Positions 41,488 to 56,414 of a stretch of DNA of 64,000 bases are shown piece by piece (position 1 is the stretch's first letter; each line of letters begins with the position of its first letter). Under the pieces are notes generated by a model. The model searched no databases. It was not told the origin of the DNA and worked only from the letters and a program-made list of their open reading frames with translations. Source of the stretch: Eledone cirrhosa (lineage: Eukaryota). Position numbers and translations under genes: made by a program. The stretch spans positions 19,778,001 through 19,842,000 of the forward strand of contig OZ024760.1 of NCBI GenBank assembly GCA_964016885.1, read 5' to 3'.

Positions 41488-41965
41488 ACTCTGATCATAA
41501 TGTTTTTGTTTTGGGTTTTTTTTCCCAGGTAGACAATGTATCTAGGACTCCTTTATCCAATGTATCCTTTATTTTTTTTTATTCCTTCCCTGATAATGTT
41601 TCTAATGAAATGCATTGCCGAAAGTGTTTTAATTAATTTCGAAAATAATCAAGAATCCTAATGGGATTAAAAAAGTAATTAACGTGTTCGTTAATTAGTT
41701 GGTGTCTTTAGCTCAATAAATAATTCTGATAACAAATTACGAGGTTTTAATTAAATTGTGAAACACTTCAAAATGTTAGGTGTCATGTCAGAAAACAAGA
41801 GATGGTCCTAGATGGACTGGTATGGGATTTGAGGGAGAATTAGTTTTATTTTTAGCAAGAGGAGTTACAGTAGAGGTTTCATGGCTGGTTTCAATGTTAT
41901 ATCAATTTATTCTCTGTTTAGAATTCTCATATTTCTATGAGATCAGATATTCCAGTCATAATAAA

Positions 41966-42153
41966 TAATTGTTTCTACTTTAGGCACAAGGTCAGCAATT
42001 ACCCAGTGCATTACTGGTACTTTATTTTATCGACCCCGTAAGGATGAAAGGCAAAGTCAACCTCGGCGGGATTTGAACTCAGATCGTAAAGGGACGTAAC
42101 TATGCTGGAAAGCATGGCGTCCGACCCTCTACCGATACTGCCAATCCACCGCC
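41966..42153 (-). mobile_element. SINE family A, full length, young
   Basis: Near-identical to 61539-61726. Confidence 0.9.
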
Positions 42154-42278
42154 CTCTTAATCCACCTTAAAATAGATAATGAACTTACTTTATAAATGAT
42201 ATTGTAAAACACTGTGTTATAGAAAGCAATAGCAATGTTAATGCCACATTATATATCACTCATAACAAACACAAAGAT

Positions 42279-42660
42279 ACTGAAATGTTACCGTAGAAAT
42301 ATTGTATTGATCCTTATATTTTGAGTGAAATATACCTTTACAAAGATGTTAAGATAATACAAGAAAGAAAATTATGACACATCTATTGTGTCTACAATAA
42401 ATTCAGCATGCCAACTTAGCAGACATATAATTATTTATCCCTGTGTTTCATTAATACTTTCATAAAGGACTGAAATATTACCTTAGAAACATTATATTGA
42501 TCCTTATATTTCGAGTAAAATATCCCTTTACAAAGATGTTAAGATAACACAAGAAAGAAAATTATTATACATCTATTGTGTCTACAATAAATTCAGCATA
42601 CCAACTTAAAAGACACATAATTATTCATCCTTGTGTTTCCTTAACACTTTCATAAAGGAC
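42279..42660. repeat. 190-bp direct duplication
   Basis: ACTGAAAT.TTACC.TAGAAA at 42279 and 42469. Confidence 0.85.
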
Positions 42661-43099
42661 TATTCCATCTGAAATATTAAGAACAATTAAACATTTCCAT
42701 AACAAACTTCGATTAAAATCTGTAAAAAAAAAAGGAGAAAAATTTCAAGAAGCTTCACACAAAGACCAAGCCTGGCATTTCTTGCACTATGAGTCAAATG
42801 TCAGAATACTAATAAGAATACATTGAACTGACAAGGGTAAAGCTATTTACAGACGTAACTAAGACTAAAATGCAGAGATCTAACTACATAAAAGGAGCAG
42901 TTTCTAAGCAGTTTTTTTAGAACGTTCAGCACAACTTTAGAGGCTTTTCTCAGATCTTACAGTGACAGAAGCAGTTGACACAAGAATGAGTGCATCTACC
43001 AAGAAAGCAAAACATAAAACTATATACACACATACAAGCAAGTGTATAGGAGTACACACACATATATATATATATACATACATATATATATACACATAC

Positions 43100-43150
<51 letters not shown>

Positions 43151-44238
43151 TATATACATATATATACACATATATACATATATATATACACATATACATA
43201 CATATATATATATACGAAAACATACACACATATGCATGTATACATACACATATATACCTATATATATAAATATATATAAATATATATATACACACACACA
43301 TACCTACACATACACACACATATATACCTTACATCTACAAGTTGTTGGGTGCACAGTGGGGGGGGGGGGAATATGAAACAATATCGAGATACATATTTCC
43401 ATAATAATAATGCTTAATAATAATAATGCTTTAATAATGATAATAATAATGATAATATAAAAAGAAGCAAGCCCATAGTTTGGTGTGCATTTCTAAGCAA
43501 CATTGAGACCATTCTATCATTAACACTACAATACCATCGCAAACAGCATCATTAAAACCATCAAACCATTTAATTAGTTTTACCATTCTTCAAGAGACAG
43601 AGAAAGGCAGAAGAGATATGTCGTCATATTTGAAAAAAAAATCCACCATGTAGCCACATGTAGCCACATGTAGCTAAGCTACCTGTGTGTCGGCTGGCTG
43701 CCGATAATTCTTTTAGAACATTCCACACATTATCAAATTTGGATGGATTTTTTTTTATGGATGGATTTTATTTTTGTTACGTAAAAAAATAATTTTTTTC
43801 ACGTTTTCTCTCGTTTTATCTCTTTGGTTTTAGTATTTTTTTTTTAGTTTTTTTTTTCTTTTTGGGGGGGCTTTTTGGGGGGCTTTTTGGGAGAATTTCT
43901 TTGGGGTGGGGGTGGGAGAATGTTGGAAATCAAAATCAAACATTAACAACAACAACATAATCACTTCTAGAATGAGCAGAACTGAAGCTCTACATCACAC
44001 AATACTCACTTTAAAAAGCCGGGAACCAGCATGCCAAGTTGATGTTGTTGTTGTTGTTGTTGTAGCTGCTGTTGGTAAATTTTGAGTGAAAGCAGTCAGT
44101 CTTGTGTAGAACATCATACACATTAGTTTGTTTTGATTTAATTATTTGTTCTTTTTTGCTTGTTTCTTATATATATATATATATACATATATATATACAT
44201 ATATATACATATACATATACATACAAATATATATATAC

Positions 44239-44269
<31 letters not shown>

Positions 44270-44290
44270 CATATATATACATATATATAT

Positions 44291-44387
<97 letters not shown>

Positions 44388-44388
44388 C

Positions 44389-44531
<143 letters not shown>

Positions 44532-44532
44532 C

Positions 44533-44655
<123 letters not shown>

Positions 44656-44668
44656 CATATATATATAC

Positions 44669-44701
<33 letters not shown>

Positions 44702-44878
44702 CATATATATATACATATATATACATATATATATATATATACATATATATACATATATATATATATATACATATATATATACATATATATACATATATAT
44801 ATATACATATATATATACATATACATATATATATATATACATATACATACATATATACATATACATACAGATATACAG

Positions 44879-44940
<62 letters not shown>

Positions 44941-45129
44941 CAGATAAAATTCCATTGTAACAAATACCTTTGTAATGAATTTTTCAGTATAATGAAATTA
45001 TTTTTCAATCTCTGGGGTAATAATGAACAAATGCTTGATTTGTTTCGTTTGACCTCGTTATAAAGAATTTTTCATTACAACAAATTTTTTTCTTTTATAC
45101 CCCGAGAATTTCGTTATGATGGAATTTCA

Positions 45130-45132
<3 letters not shown>
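44941..45132. mobile_element. Tigger/pogo-like MITE
   Basis: Imperfect TIRs CAGATAAAATTCCATTGTAAC / GTTATGATGGAATTTCACTG inserted in (TA)n. Confidence 0.55.
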
Positions 45133-45197
<65 letters not shown>

Positions 45198-46745
45198 ATA
45201 TGTATAATATATAATATATATGTATATATAATATATATATGTATATATATGTATATGTATATATATATAGAGAGAGAGAGATGTATAATATATATATATA
45301 TATATTATATGTATATATATATGTGTTATGTATATATTTTTTTCTTTTTGGGGTTTCTGTTGGTTGTTTTTTTTTCTCTGTTTTTTGTTGTGTTTGTTTT
45401 TTTCTTTCTTTCTTTCTTTCTTTCTCTTTCTTTTCGAAACAGAGGCCACATATATATACACACATACATATATATATATATATATATGTGTGTGTGCGTG
45501 TGTGTGTATGTGTGTGTGAGAATGAACCCAGCTGTTGTTGACACTTACGCTTGGCAATACAGTTTCCATTTTGTCCCATTTGTTCATCACACCTTACACA
45601 TCATCTAAGTCGTCTGGTAATAGGCCTGCAACGTTACATGATAGAAAAAGGAAGAGATGAGACAGCAACTAACTAGAACTTAAGAAGGTCGAAACTGTTA
45701 CAAGAAGTTAGAGTGCTGAAGCAACAGATGGAGGCCAAGAGCAGAGGAGGAGGCACTGCTAGAAGTTATTGTGGAAATAAAGTTATAGAAAGGCTTTCTG
45801 AATCTGTAGTAGGTAGAGAAAAATATGCATGAAGATGATGCACGGATGTCAGTGCACGTGCATTAAGGTACAAACACACATGTGCACAGATGCACACAGA
45901 TGCACACAGATATACACAGATACACGCACACACATTAAAGTACAATCACACATGTGCACAGATACACACAGATGCACACAGATGCACACTCATATGCACA
46001 AAGAGACACACTCATATAAACACAGATTCACACAGATGCACACACATATATACACACGCACACACACACACACTCATATAAACACAGATTCACACACAGA
46101 AACACAGAGAGACTCACACAATATTACACAAAGACATACAAACACAGATTCACACACACAGAGAGAATCATACACAGACACATGCTCAAAGACACATACA
46201 CACATACATAAACACAAATTCACACAAACATAAACACAAATTCACACACTCAGAGACAAGAAAGACACACAAACACAGATTCACACACACAAACACACAA
46301 GCACACACACACACCACAGAGTATCAAATTATAATTTTTTTATTTTGAAATTATTATATTCAACATTTGAAAAAAAAAAAATTTTTTTAATGTCACCTTT
46401 GATGAAGATACACAATAACCAAAATATTTAGCAAGTAACATTACAGGTAATGTCTTACAATGATTCAAAATATTTTATTCCAATTATTCTCAGATTTCAA
46501 AATATTTTCATTTTATTTTTCTTCCATTTAAAAAAAAAAAAATGTTTATTTTTATTTTTTATTTTTGGTCTCGATAAAAATATACAATGATAGAAAAATG
46601 TTAAAATATAATAGGGATCGTTCTCGGTAAAGTTACTTACTATGGATGATATATCAAGTTGATATATATATATATATATAAGAAAATGAGGTGTTTTTTT
46701 TAAATGAAAAAAAAACGAGATGTCCTACACGAGTGAAAGTATAAC

Positions 46746-46999
46746 GAAAAAAGATGAAATCGAAAATGCAACTGGAGTCTTTTTTAGAATAGTTATTTGT
46801 TTCCTTTACCAGTTTCACAGTTCTTATGCTTTTCAAAAATAGAATCAAGATGGATGGTTTGTGGTTTTTGTACAAGAAAAACCACAAACCCTCCATCTCG
46901 ATTCAACTTTTGAAAAGCATAAGAACTGTGAAACTGGTAAAGGAAACAAATAAATATTCTTAAAAAGACTCCAGTTGCATTTTTGATTTAATCTTTTTT

Positions 47000-47000
<1 letters not shown>
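46746..47000. mobile_element. Fold-back element, 124-bp arms and 7-nt loop
   Basis: Arms 46746-46869 and 46877-47000 align without indels; the outer end recurs at about 59608-59631. Confidence 0.85.
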
Positions 47001-47050
<50 letters not shown>

Positions 47051-47091
47051 CGAAACATAAGTCAATTGCATGAACTCATAATCCTTTATTT

Positions 47092-47147
47092 ACTGCTATA
47101 TATATTTTGATGATAGCCATTGAATGGCTATGACCTCATCAGGCAGT
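47092..47147 (-). ncRNA. Hammerhead ribozyme relic (G12 to A)
   Basis: Minus strand: ACTGC-CTGATGA-[GGT C ATAGCCAT TCA ATGGCTAT C ATC]-AAAA-TATATA-TA-GCAGT; all helices pair, but core GAAA is mutated at a CpG. Confidence 0.7.
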
Positions 47148-47354
47148 TATATATATATATATATAGAAATGGAAGTATAGTAAAATCGAAGTTTCAGCTG
47201 TAGCCAAGCTAACCATATATAATTAGGAATGTGAAGCCAAGAGCTCGATAAAGCTGGAGCTCAGAGTAATAACATACGTTAGGTAACAAGATAAATTGAG
47301 AACTGCGGCAGGCAAACCTGGCCACAACACCAATGCAACGAAAAAACTTTCAGG

Positions 47355-47422
<68 letters not shown>

Positions 47423-47499
47423 TTGTATGTATTTCACTAAAAAGAATTTTTCCAATTCCACCATGACTGTCCCTTCAATCTTTCTAATTTTTCATTCTT

Positions 47500-47535
47500 T
47501 CTTCTGATAAAGGACTAACGTCCGAAACGTTAAGA
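47500..47535 (+). ncRNA. Minimal hammerhead relic (G8 to A), paralog of 10799
   Basis: TCTT-CTGATAA-A-GGAC-TAAC-GTCC-GAAA-CG-TT-AAGA, within a repeat at about 47447-47610. Confidence 0.65.
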
Positions 47536-47738
47536 CCCTCTTCCTGCTATTTCAAGTATTAAACTAATATATTCCTTTCCAACACCGTTTGTGTTGTTAT
47601 TTATGTTTACCTCGTAAATATATATATAAATATATATGTGTGCATATATATATATATATATATCATCATCATCATTTTATGATATATATATATGCACACA
47701 TATATATTTTTATATATATATATATATACACGTATATA

Positions 47739-47825
<87 letters not shown>

Positions 47826-47832
<7 letters not shown>

Positions 47833-48022
47833 ATCAAAAGATGGTTAAAAGAGTTTCAAGTATTTTATTATGCACATTTTAAAAACAAATATCATCATGG
47901 GATGATATCTGTGTTCTCATCAGATAAAATAGGGAGACATGATATGAAGCTTAAAAAACACTTGTGAGCAGTAAAATTTTAAATCAACATATGTTGATTT
48001 AAAATTTTACTGCTCACAAGTG
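47826..48022 (-). mobile_element. Second copy of the 29-kb fold-back family, with HHR relic (47863-47929) and a perfect 64-bp apex palindrome (47959-48022)
   Basis: Aligns to 29126-29278; core GAAA mutated to AAAA; helix II pairing retained. Confidence 0.85.
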
Positions 48023-48028
48023 ATATAT

Positions 48029-48098
<70 letters not shown>

Positions 48099-48587
48099 TA
48101 ATGCATTATATGTATCCTAATCACAACTGTGCAATTCAGCCTAACACTTCTGAAAGACATGAAGAGCCAGCCAAATGACATCAACAAGTTTAAGAGCAAC
48201 AAAATAGGGTAGCTTCTGTAATTTTGACATCATTGTCACACACACAAACACACACACATAGAGTCTCACACACACAGTCACACAGTCACACAGTCACACA
48301 GTCACACACACAAATTGGTCAAGTGTTAGAGAGAAAAAGTCACCAAGTTCAAAACCAAAACATTCTTCAAACAATCACCAACCATAATTTTTCTTATGAA
48401 AGATATATATATGCGTGTGTGTGTGTATGTGTATATATATATATATGAATGAGTGTATGTATGTATGTATGTATGTATGTATGTATATATGTATATATGT
48501 ATATATATATATATATTCATTTATATATATATATATATATATATATGAATATACGTGTGCATGTGTGGGTATGTTTGTATGTATGTA

Positions 48588-48628
<41 letters not shown>

Positions 48629-48646
48629 GTGTGTGTTGTGGGTATT

Positions 48647-48707
<61 letters not shown>

Positions 48708-49180
48708 ATATGTATATAGTTATATTCATTCCTATATATTTGGCAGAGAACCAAGTTTTTTGTGTAGCTTAACAGAAATGGCTGATTAAATCAACTTGGG
48801 CGCTTAACTGTTGCTTAGTTTTATTGACTAGTGGCTCTGTCTGTATGTGTGAGAGTGTGTGTGGCTGTGTATCTGTCAGTCTGTGGCTGTGTGTGTGTCC
48901 GTGTCTCTGTGTGTGTCTGAGACTGTGTCTATGTGTGTGGGACAGTGTGTGTGTGTGTGTTACAAGGTAATGTCAACCCTTGAAGGAATCAGTTATGGAG
49001 GGACGTGTGTGACGTGAAGGAGGGAAGTAACTACTGAAAGTACATTATTACATTTCCTACTCCACTTTCCTGTAGCGCTGAATAACTTATAGCATTTATT
49101 GTCATATATATATATATATAATGTATATATATATATATACATACAGGTATATATGTGTGTGTACATATATATATCATCAT

Positions 49181-49241
<61 letters not shown>

Positions 49242-49308
49242 CAAACACACAGGTATATATGTGTGTATGTGTATATATATACATACACATACACACAGTT
49301 ATATATAT

Positions 49309-49475
49309 GTAAATGAGGTTGGTGTTAGGAAGGGCATCCAGCTGTAGAAATCAAGCCAGAATCAGTTCCTGTATGAACAAGGCAAGGTCAGCCGACCGGA
49401 CACTGCCCACAGCAGGACAACCCGTCTAACCCATGCTAGCGTGGCAGAATGGACGTAGAACGGTGATGATGATAT
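49309..49475 (+). mobile_element. RTE 3' UTR fragment
   Basis: GTAAATGAGGTTGGTGTTAGGAAGGGCATCCAGC...CCCATGCTAGCGTGG-(GAT)n. Confidence 0.8.
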
Positions 49476-49500
49476 ATATAGTTGGAGAGAGAGAGATACA

Positions 49501-49546
<46 letters not shown>

Positions 49547-49902
49547 CAACACATATATATATATATATATATATATACACACCCTTGCAAGCAAGGAAAA
49601 GCGGATGCATGATGATGATAATATATGTATATACACACGCACACACACATATATGTATTTATACAGACATATATATACATATATGCAGACATAGATATAT
49701 ACATATATATATATAGACATACACATACACGTTTATATACAGCATATACACACACGCCCACACAGACATGTATGTATAATGTGGGTCAGTAGATAATATC
49801 ATTAAGCTTATAAATCAATTTACAGCTATTTGTCAGTAAATTAGTTTATCTAGTTAGAAGCTCCATAATATGTCTACTACACACACACATATATATATAT
49901 AT

Positions 49903-49979
<77 letters not shown>

Positions 49980-50137
49980 TATATATACACACACACATAT
50001 ATATATATACACACACACACATATATATATATATACACACACACATATATATATATATACACACACACACATATATATATATACACACACACACATATAT
50101 ATATATACACACACACATATATACACACACACACATA

Positions 50138-50243
<106 letters not shown>

Positions 50244-50312
50244 CACACACACACACACATATATATATATACACACACACATATATATATATACACACAC
50301 ATACATATATAT

Positions 50313-50343
<31 letters not shown>

Positions 50344-50379
50344 CACACACACATATATATATATACACACACACACATA

Positions 50380-50414
<35 letters not shown>

Positions 50415-50618
50415 CGTCATCATCATCATCGTTTAACGTCTATCTTACATGCTAGCATGGGTTAGACGGTTTTGTTCCATTTGTTGCTGGAATGGTCGGT
50501 AGACCGTGTCTCGTTTGTACGGAAGGGTCTCTGGCAGGTCTTATACAGCTGGATGCCCTTCCTAACACCAACCTCATTTACTGTGGTGATGATATATATA
50601 TCATCATCATCATCACCA

Positions 50619-52065
50619 TTTAACCTTTTAGCATTTAAACCAACCATATCCGGCCAGAATTCTCTCATCTCCCTCTGTTCAAACCTGCCATAACTGGCCA
50701 CAGTCACTCATACTGATGTTTAGGTATTGTTCTCAAAATAAACAATATCAAAATCTCATAGATTCAATGTTATGTGAGATATTATGTGAGGTAAAACCTT
50801 TACCGTGAAAATACAATAGTATATATAGAGTAATGTAAATGCTATATGAGGTAAAGCCTTTACCACAAAACTACAATAGTATATATAGAGTAATGTAAAT
50901 GTTATGTGAGATATTATGTGAGGTAAAGCCTTTACTGTGAAAATACAATAGTATATATAGAGTAATGTAAATGTTATGTGAGATATTATGTGAGGTAAAG
51001 CCTTTACTGTGAAAATACAATAGTATATATAGAGTAATGTAAATGTTATGTGAGATATTATGTGAGGTAAAGCCTTTACTGTGAAAATACAATAGTATAT
51101 ATAGAGTAATGTAAATGTTATGTGAGGTATTATGTGAGGTAAAGCCTTTACTGTGAAAATACAATAGTATATATAGAGTAATGTAAATGTTATGTGAGAT
51201 ATTATGTGAGGTAAAGCCTTTACTGTGAAAATACAATAGTATATATAGAGTAATGTAAATGTTATGTGAGATATTATGTGAGGTAAAGCCTTTACTGTGA
51301 AAATACAATAGTATATATAGAGTAATGTAAATGCTATGTGATATTATGTGAGGTAAAGCCTTTACTGTGAAAATACAATAGTATATATAGAGTAATGTAA
51401 ATGCTATGTGATATTATGTGAGGTAAAGCCTTTACTGTGAAAATACAATAGTATATATAGAGTAATGTAAATGTTATGTGAGATATTATGTGAGGTAAAG
51501 ACTTTACTGTGACAATACAATAGTATATATAGAGTAATGTAAATGTTATGTGAGATATTATGTGAGGTAAAGCCTTTACTGTGAAAATACAATAGTATAT
51601 ATAGAGTAATGTAAATGTTATGTGAGATATTATGTGAGGTAAAGCCTTTACTGTGAAAATACAATAGTATATATAGAGTAATGTAAATGTTATGTGAGAT
51701 ATTATGTGAGGTAAAACCTTTACCACGAAAATACAATAGTATATATAGAGTAATGTAAATGTTATGTGAGATATTATGTGAGGTAAAGCCTTTACTGTGA
51801 TAATACAATAGTATATATAGAGTAATGTAAATGTTATGTGAGATATTATGTGAGGTAAAGCAAGCCTTTACTGTGAAAATACAATAGTATATATAGAGTA
51901 ATGTAAATGTTATGTGAGGTATTATGTGAGGTAAAGCCTTTACTGTGAAAATATAATAGTATATATAGAGTAATGTAAATGTTATGTGAGATATTATGTG
52001 AGGTAAAGCCTTTACTGTGATAATACAATAGTATATATAGAGTAATGTAAATGTTAAAGGGTTAA
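50619..52065 (+). mobile_element. piggyBac-like MITE P with an internal 72-bp minisatellite (about 18 copies)
   Basis: TTAA-CCTTTTAG ... TAAAGGG-TTAA ends; unit GTTATGTGAGATATTATGTGAGGTAAAGCC...GTAAAT. Confidence 0.8.
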
Positions 52066-52480
52066 CATCTATTTTCCATGCTTGCATGAGTCAGATGGCC
52101 ACCGACCTCGAGAGGCAAATCTGGCCAGAATTGGCCACAATGTACCTTGCTCTGACAGGACTCCAAATTAGAAATATAGTAATGAAAGGGTTAAACCTTA
52201 ACATCCCCCAGGCAAAGCCCTGCGTGCAACACTGGATGTGTGTGGTGTAGTCACTCGATAAGAAGAAACTATAACAACAACATCAACAACAACTTGATGC
52301 CTGCATTAACCCTTTTGATGGCAATGGGCTTGAGACCATCTTTAATTCTTCGATACCAAAGCCATCATCAAATTTAATGTGACTTTATTGAAAATTAGAG
52401 TGTTCCATCGTGATGTTATGGTGTAAAATGGAAGATCTTTGATCACAGCTCTACACCCCAAGGGGTCAGGACCTGACCCC

Positions 52481-52525
<45 letters not shown>

Positions 52526-52562
52526 CCACCACCACCACAACAACAACAACAACAAAAATAAT

Positions 52563-52750
52563 AATTGTTTCTACTTTTTTGGCACAAGGCCAGCAATTAC
52601 CCAGTACATTACTGGTACTTTATTTTATCGACCCCGTAAGGATGAAAGGCAAAGTTAACCTCGGCGGGATTTGAACTCAGACCATAAAGGGCCGTAACTC
52701 TTTGCTGCAAAGCATGGCGTTCGACCCTCTACCGATACTGCCAATCCACC
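52563..52750 (-). mobile_element. SINE family A (partial copy follows at 52933-53022)
   Basis: Reverse-complement core. Confidence 0.85.
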
Positions 52751-53455
52751 AACAATAATACTAATAATAATAATAATAATGATTTCTTTATTGGCCACAA
52801 GGGCTGACATCAAGAAAAACATTACAGACGGCACAGGACGGTACAGGGGGGTACAGGACGGTACGATGTGGGTTTTGTGCGTGTAAATATTTTTTTATTA
52901 TTTATATAAGAAAAGAAAAATAAATAATAATAATAATTGTTTCTACTTTTGGCACAAGGCCAGCAATTACCCAGTGTATTACTGGTACTTTATTCTATCG
53001 ACCCCGGAAGGTTGAAAGGCAAAAGAAAAAAAAAATAATAATAATAATAGCCAGTTATAAATTTTTACCATAAAATTCTAAATACAAAGTATTGTTATAA
53101 ATGAGTTATATTTGGTATAATTCCTTCCTGGTGTCTCAACAACAGTTTTTATTAGTCACCTATCACATTTAGCGTTGTATATATATACAGTATATATATA
53201 CTGTATATATAGGGTTGTATATATATATATATATATATATACAACACTATATATATATATATATGTGTGCTAGTGTATGTATGTGTATATATATATATAT
53301 ATATATATGCCAGTGTATATATATATATGCTAGTGTATGTATGTGTCTATATATATATATATGCCGGTGTATATATATATATGTGCTAGTGTATGTATGT
53401 GTCTATATAAATATATATATATATGCCAGTGTATATATATGTGCTAGTGTATGTA

Positions 53456-53502
<47 letters not shown>

Positions 53503-53533
53503 TAGTATGTATATATGCGTGCTAGTGTATGTA

Positions 53534-53595
<62 letters not shown>

Positions 53596-53881
53596 CTAGT
53601 ATGTATATATGCGTGCTAGTGTATGTATGTGTCTATATATATATATATATATATGCCAGTGTATATATGTGTGTAACTACATAGATATGAGAGAGTGTGG
53701 CATTATTGTCAGAAGACAAAAGGGTCTCTGAAAATAGCCATTAGTAAAATAGTAAACGTAGCTAAAGAGAAAACGAGAAAATAATATCAGAAACTATATT
53801 GTCATGGAATGTGGTTTTGATAAGATTTATGGTAATATAATAATAGATGCTGTATATACATATATATATATACCATATATA

Positions 53882-53943
<62 letters not shown>

Positions 53944-54008
53944 ATGGTATCAGCATCATCATCATCATCATCATTTTACGTCCGCTTTTCCCTGCTTGCA
54001 AGGTATAT

Positions 54009-54074
<66 letters not shown>

Positions 54075-54155
54075 GGTATATATACATATATATATATATA
54101 CATACATATATATACATATATATATACATATTTATACATACATATACATACATAC

Positions 54156-54200
<45 letters not shown>

Positions 54201-54223
54201 CATACATATATATACATACATAC

Positions 54224-54254
<31 letters not shown>

Positions 54255-54720
54255 CATGCATACATATACATATATACATACATATACATACATATACAAA
54301 CATATACATACATATGTATACATATACATACATATACATATATATACATATAGATTCATACATATATAAATAAATAAATACATATATATACATATATATA
54401 TATAGTTAATATTTATATATTATTTATATATATTTATATACACCATATATATATATATATATATTATATTAGTGGGTATATATAGTATTGTAATGAGGAC
54501 ACTAACTACCTTTAATTCTTCTTATCAATTTAACTGTTGCCATAATGTGGAATAATATATTCTAAGATAGAACGGAAGCTACTGTTTAGTACCTTGGTTG
54601 GTTCTATACAATTATACTGCCTCTCTCTCTCTCTATATATATATATATACATATATGTATAGACATGTATATATATACATGTCTATATATATATATATAG
54701 ACATGTATATATATAGATAT

Positions 54721-55060
54721 GGAGGCACATGGCTTAGTGGTTAGAGCATTTGCCTTGCAATCGAAAGGTTGTGAGTTCAATTCTCAGACCGGGTGATGTG
54801 TTGTTTCCTTGAGCAAGACACTTTATTTCACATTGCTCCAGTTTACTCAGCTGTAGAAATGAGATGATAGGAACTGGGGTCCATATCATTCCACTGTAAA
54901 GTGGTCGTGGAGGTGCCACGGCAAAAAAGCACCCAGCACTCACTGTAAATGAGGTTGGTGTTAGGAAGGACATCCAGCTGTAGAAATCAAGCCAGAATCT
55001 GTTCCCGTCCCACCCTTGCAAGCAGGGAAAAAGCGGACGTAAAAATGAAATGATGATGAT
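54721..55060 (+). mobile_element. SINE family C, full length
   Basis: Matches 20129-20476. Confidence 0.85.
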
Positions 55061-55136
55061 GAAATGATTTATGACCAGTCCAAGCATAAGGTGAAACAAT
55101 TGTTCTCGGTATGGTGAACTAACTGTTGTGTTACTA

Positions 55137-55185
<49 letters not shown>

Positions 55186-55234
55186 GTGTATTAATTCAAA
55201 TATTAACAAAATAGATATTCTTATGATCAATTAA

Positions 55235-55299
55235 ATTTTATTATACATAGTTCAGAGGTACTGAATTAAGTTCAACAGTACGTCCTCATCAGATAAAAT
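55235..55299 (-). ncRNA. Hammerhead copy with GAAA to GAAC mutation
   Basis: Reverse complement of 56135-56199 except A15.1 to C. Confidence 0.6.
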
Positions 55300-56134
55300 A
55301 AAATGATAGATGGTTAAAATTTAATCAAGGTAGTGATTAACTTATGAGAAAACTCAATATTTATACCCTATTATTGAGAACATAAGAAAACATAATAGAA
55401 TCAATAGAGAGAGTGTGAGTAATATATTTTAAGAAATACATGGCATCAATGCAACAGTTATAGAATTATTAATATTTAAAATACTACTATAGATCTATGC
55501 GGTAGAGGAAAGTATAGAGGAAGATGTAGCTGAAGTTATAACTTATTTAGTATTTAGCTTGAGAAGACAAATGACAGATAATTAAAGAGAGGGAGAGACA
55601 GTCCTTTAAATTTGTTTTCATAAAATTTTGAATTTTAGAAATTTAACATAATTATATTATAATATTAATACAAATACCCATCAACTTTTAAAACCTAAAA
55701 TTTTGATTCTTTACCCTGAAATAACATAAGTTAAATATTTTGAAAATTAACCGCCAAAACTATATATGATTATGTGTGTATAAAGAAATTTGAACATAAA
55801 TTACTCCACTTTGACTCTCCCTCTCTTTAATTATCTGTCATTTGTCTTCTCAAGCTAAATACTAAATAAGTTATAACTTCAGCTACGTCTTCCTCTATAC
55901 TTTCCTCTACTGCATAGTTCTATAGTAGTATTTTAAATATTAATAATTCTATAACTGTTGCATTGATGCCATGTATTTCTTAAAATATATTACTCACACT
56001 CTCTCTATTGATTCTATTACGTTTTCTCATGTTCTCAATATTAGGGTATAAATATTGAGTTTTCTCATAAGTTAATCACTACCTTGATTAAATCTTAACC
56101 ATCTATCATGTCAGGGTATGTCATGTATCATTTT

Positions 56135-56199
56135 ATTTTATCTGATGAGGACGTACTGTTGAACTTAATTCAGTACCTCTGAAATATGTATAATAAAAT
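56135..56199 (+). ncRNA. Hammerhead ribozyme, intact core, AUA site
   Basis: ATTTTAT-CTGATGA-[GGA C GTACTG loop CAGTAC C TCT]-GAAA-TATGTA-TA-ATAAAAT. Confidence 0.75.
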
Positions 56200-56366
56200 T
56201 TAATTGAATATCTATTTTGTTAATATTTGAATTAATATTAATAACTCTGGAAAATATTTTTCCTGTAGAGTGCTTCCAATCTATTGTAAAACTCATTCTT
56301 TGATGTACTCATTGAATCTTGTTTAACTCTTTAATATACATGTATATATGTATATATATACATGTG

Positions 56367-56414
<48 letters not shown>

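Larger units (their letters stand above)
55189..56237. mobile_element. Large fold-back element (about 410-bp arms, about 210-bp spacer) with an HHR in each arm
   Basis: Arms 55189-55600 and 55812-56237 are reverse complements with few substitutions and two indels. Confidence 0.9.
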
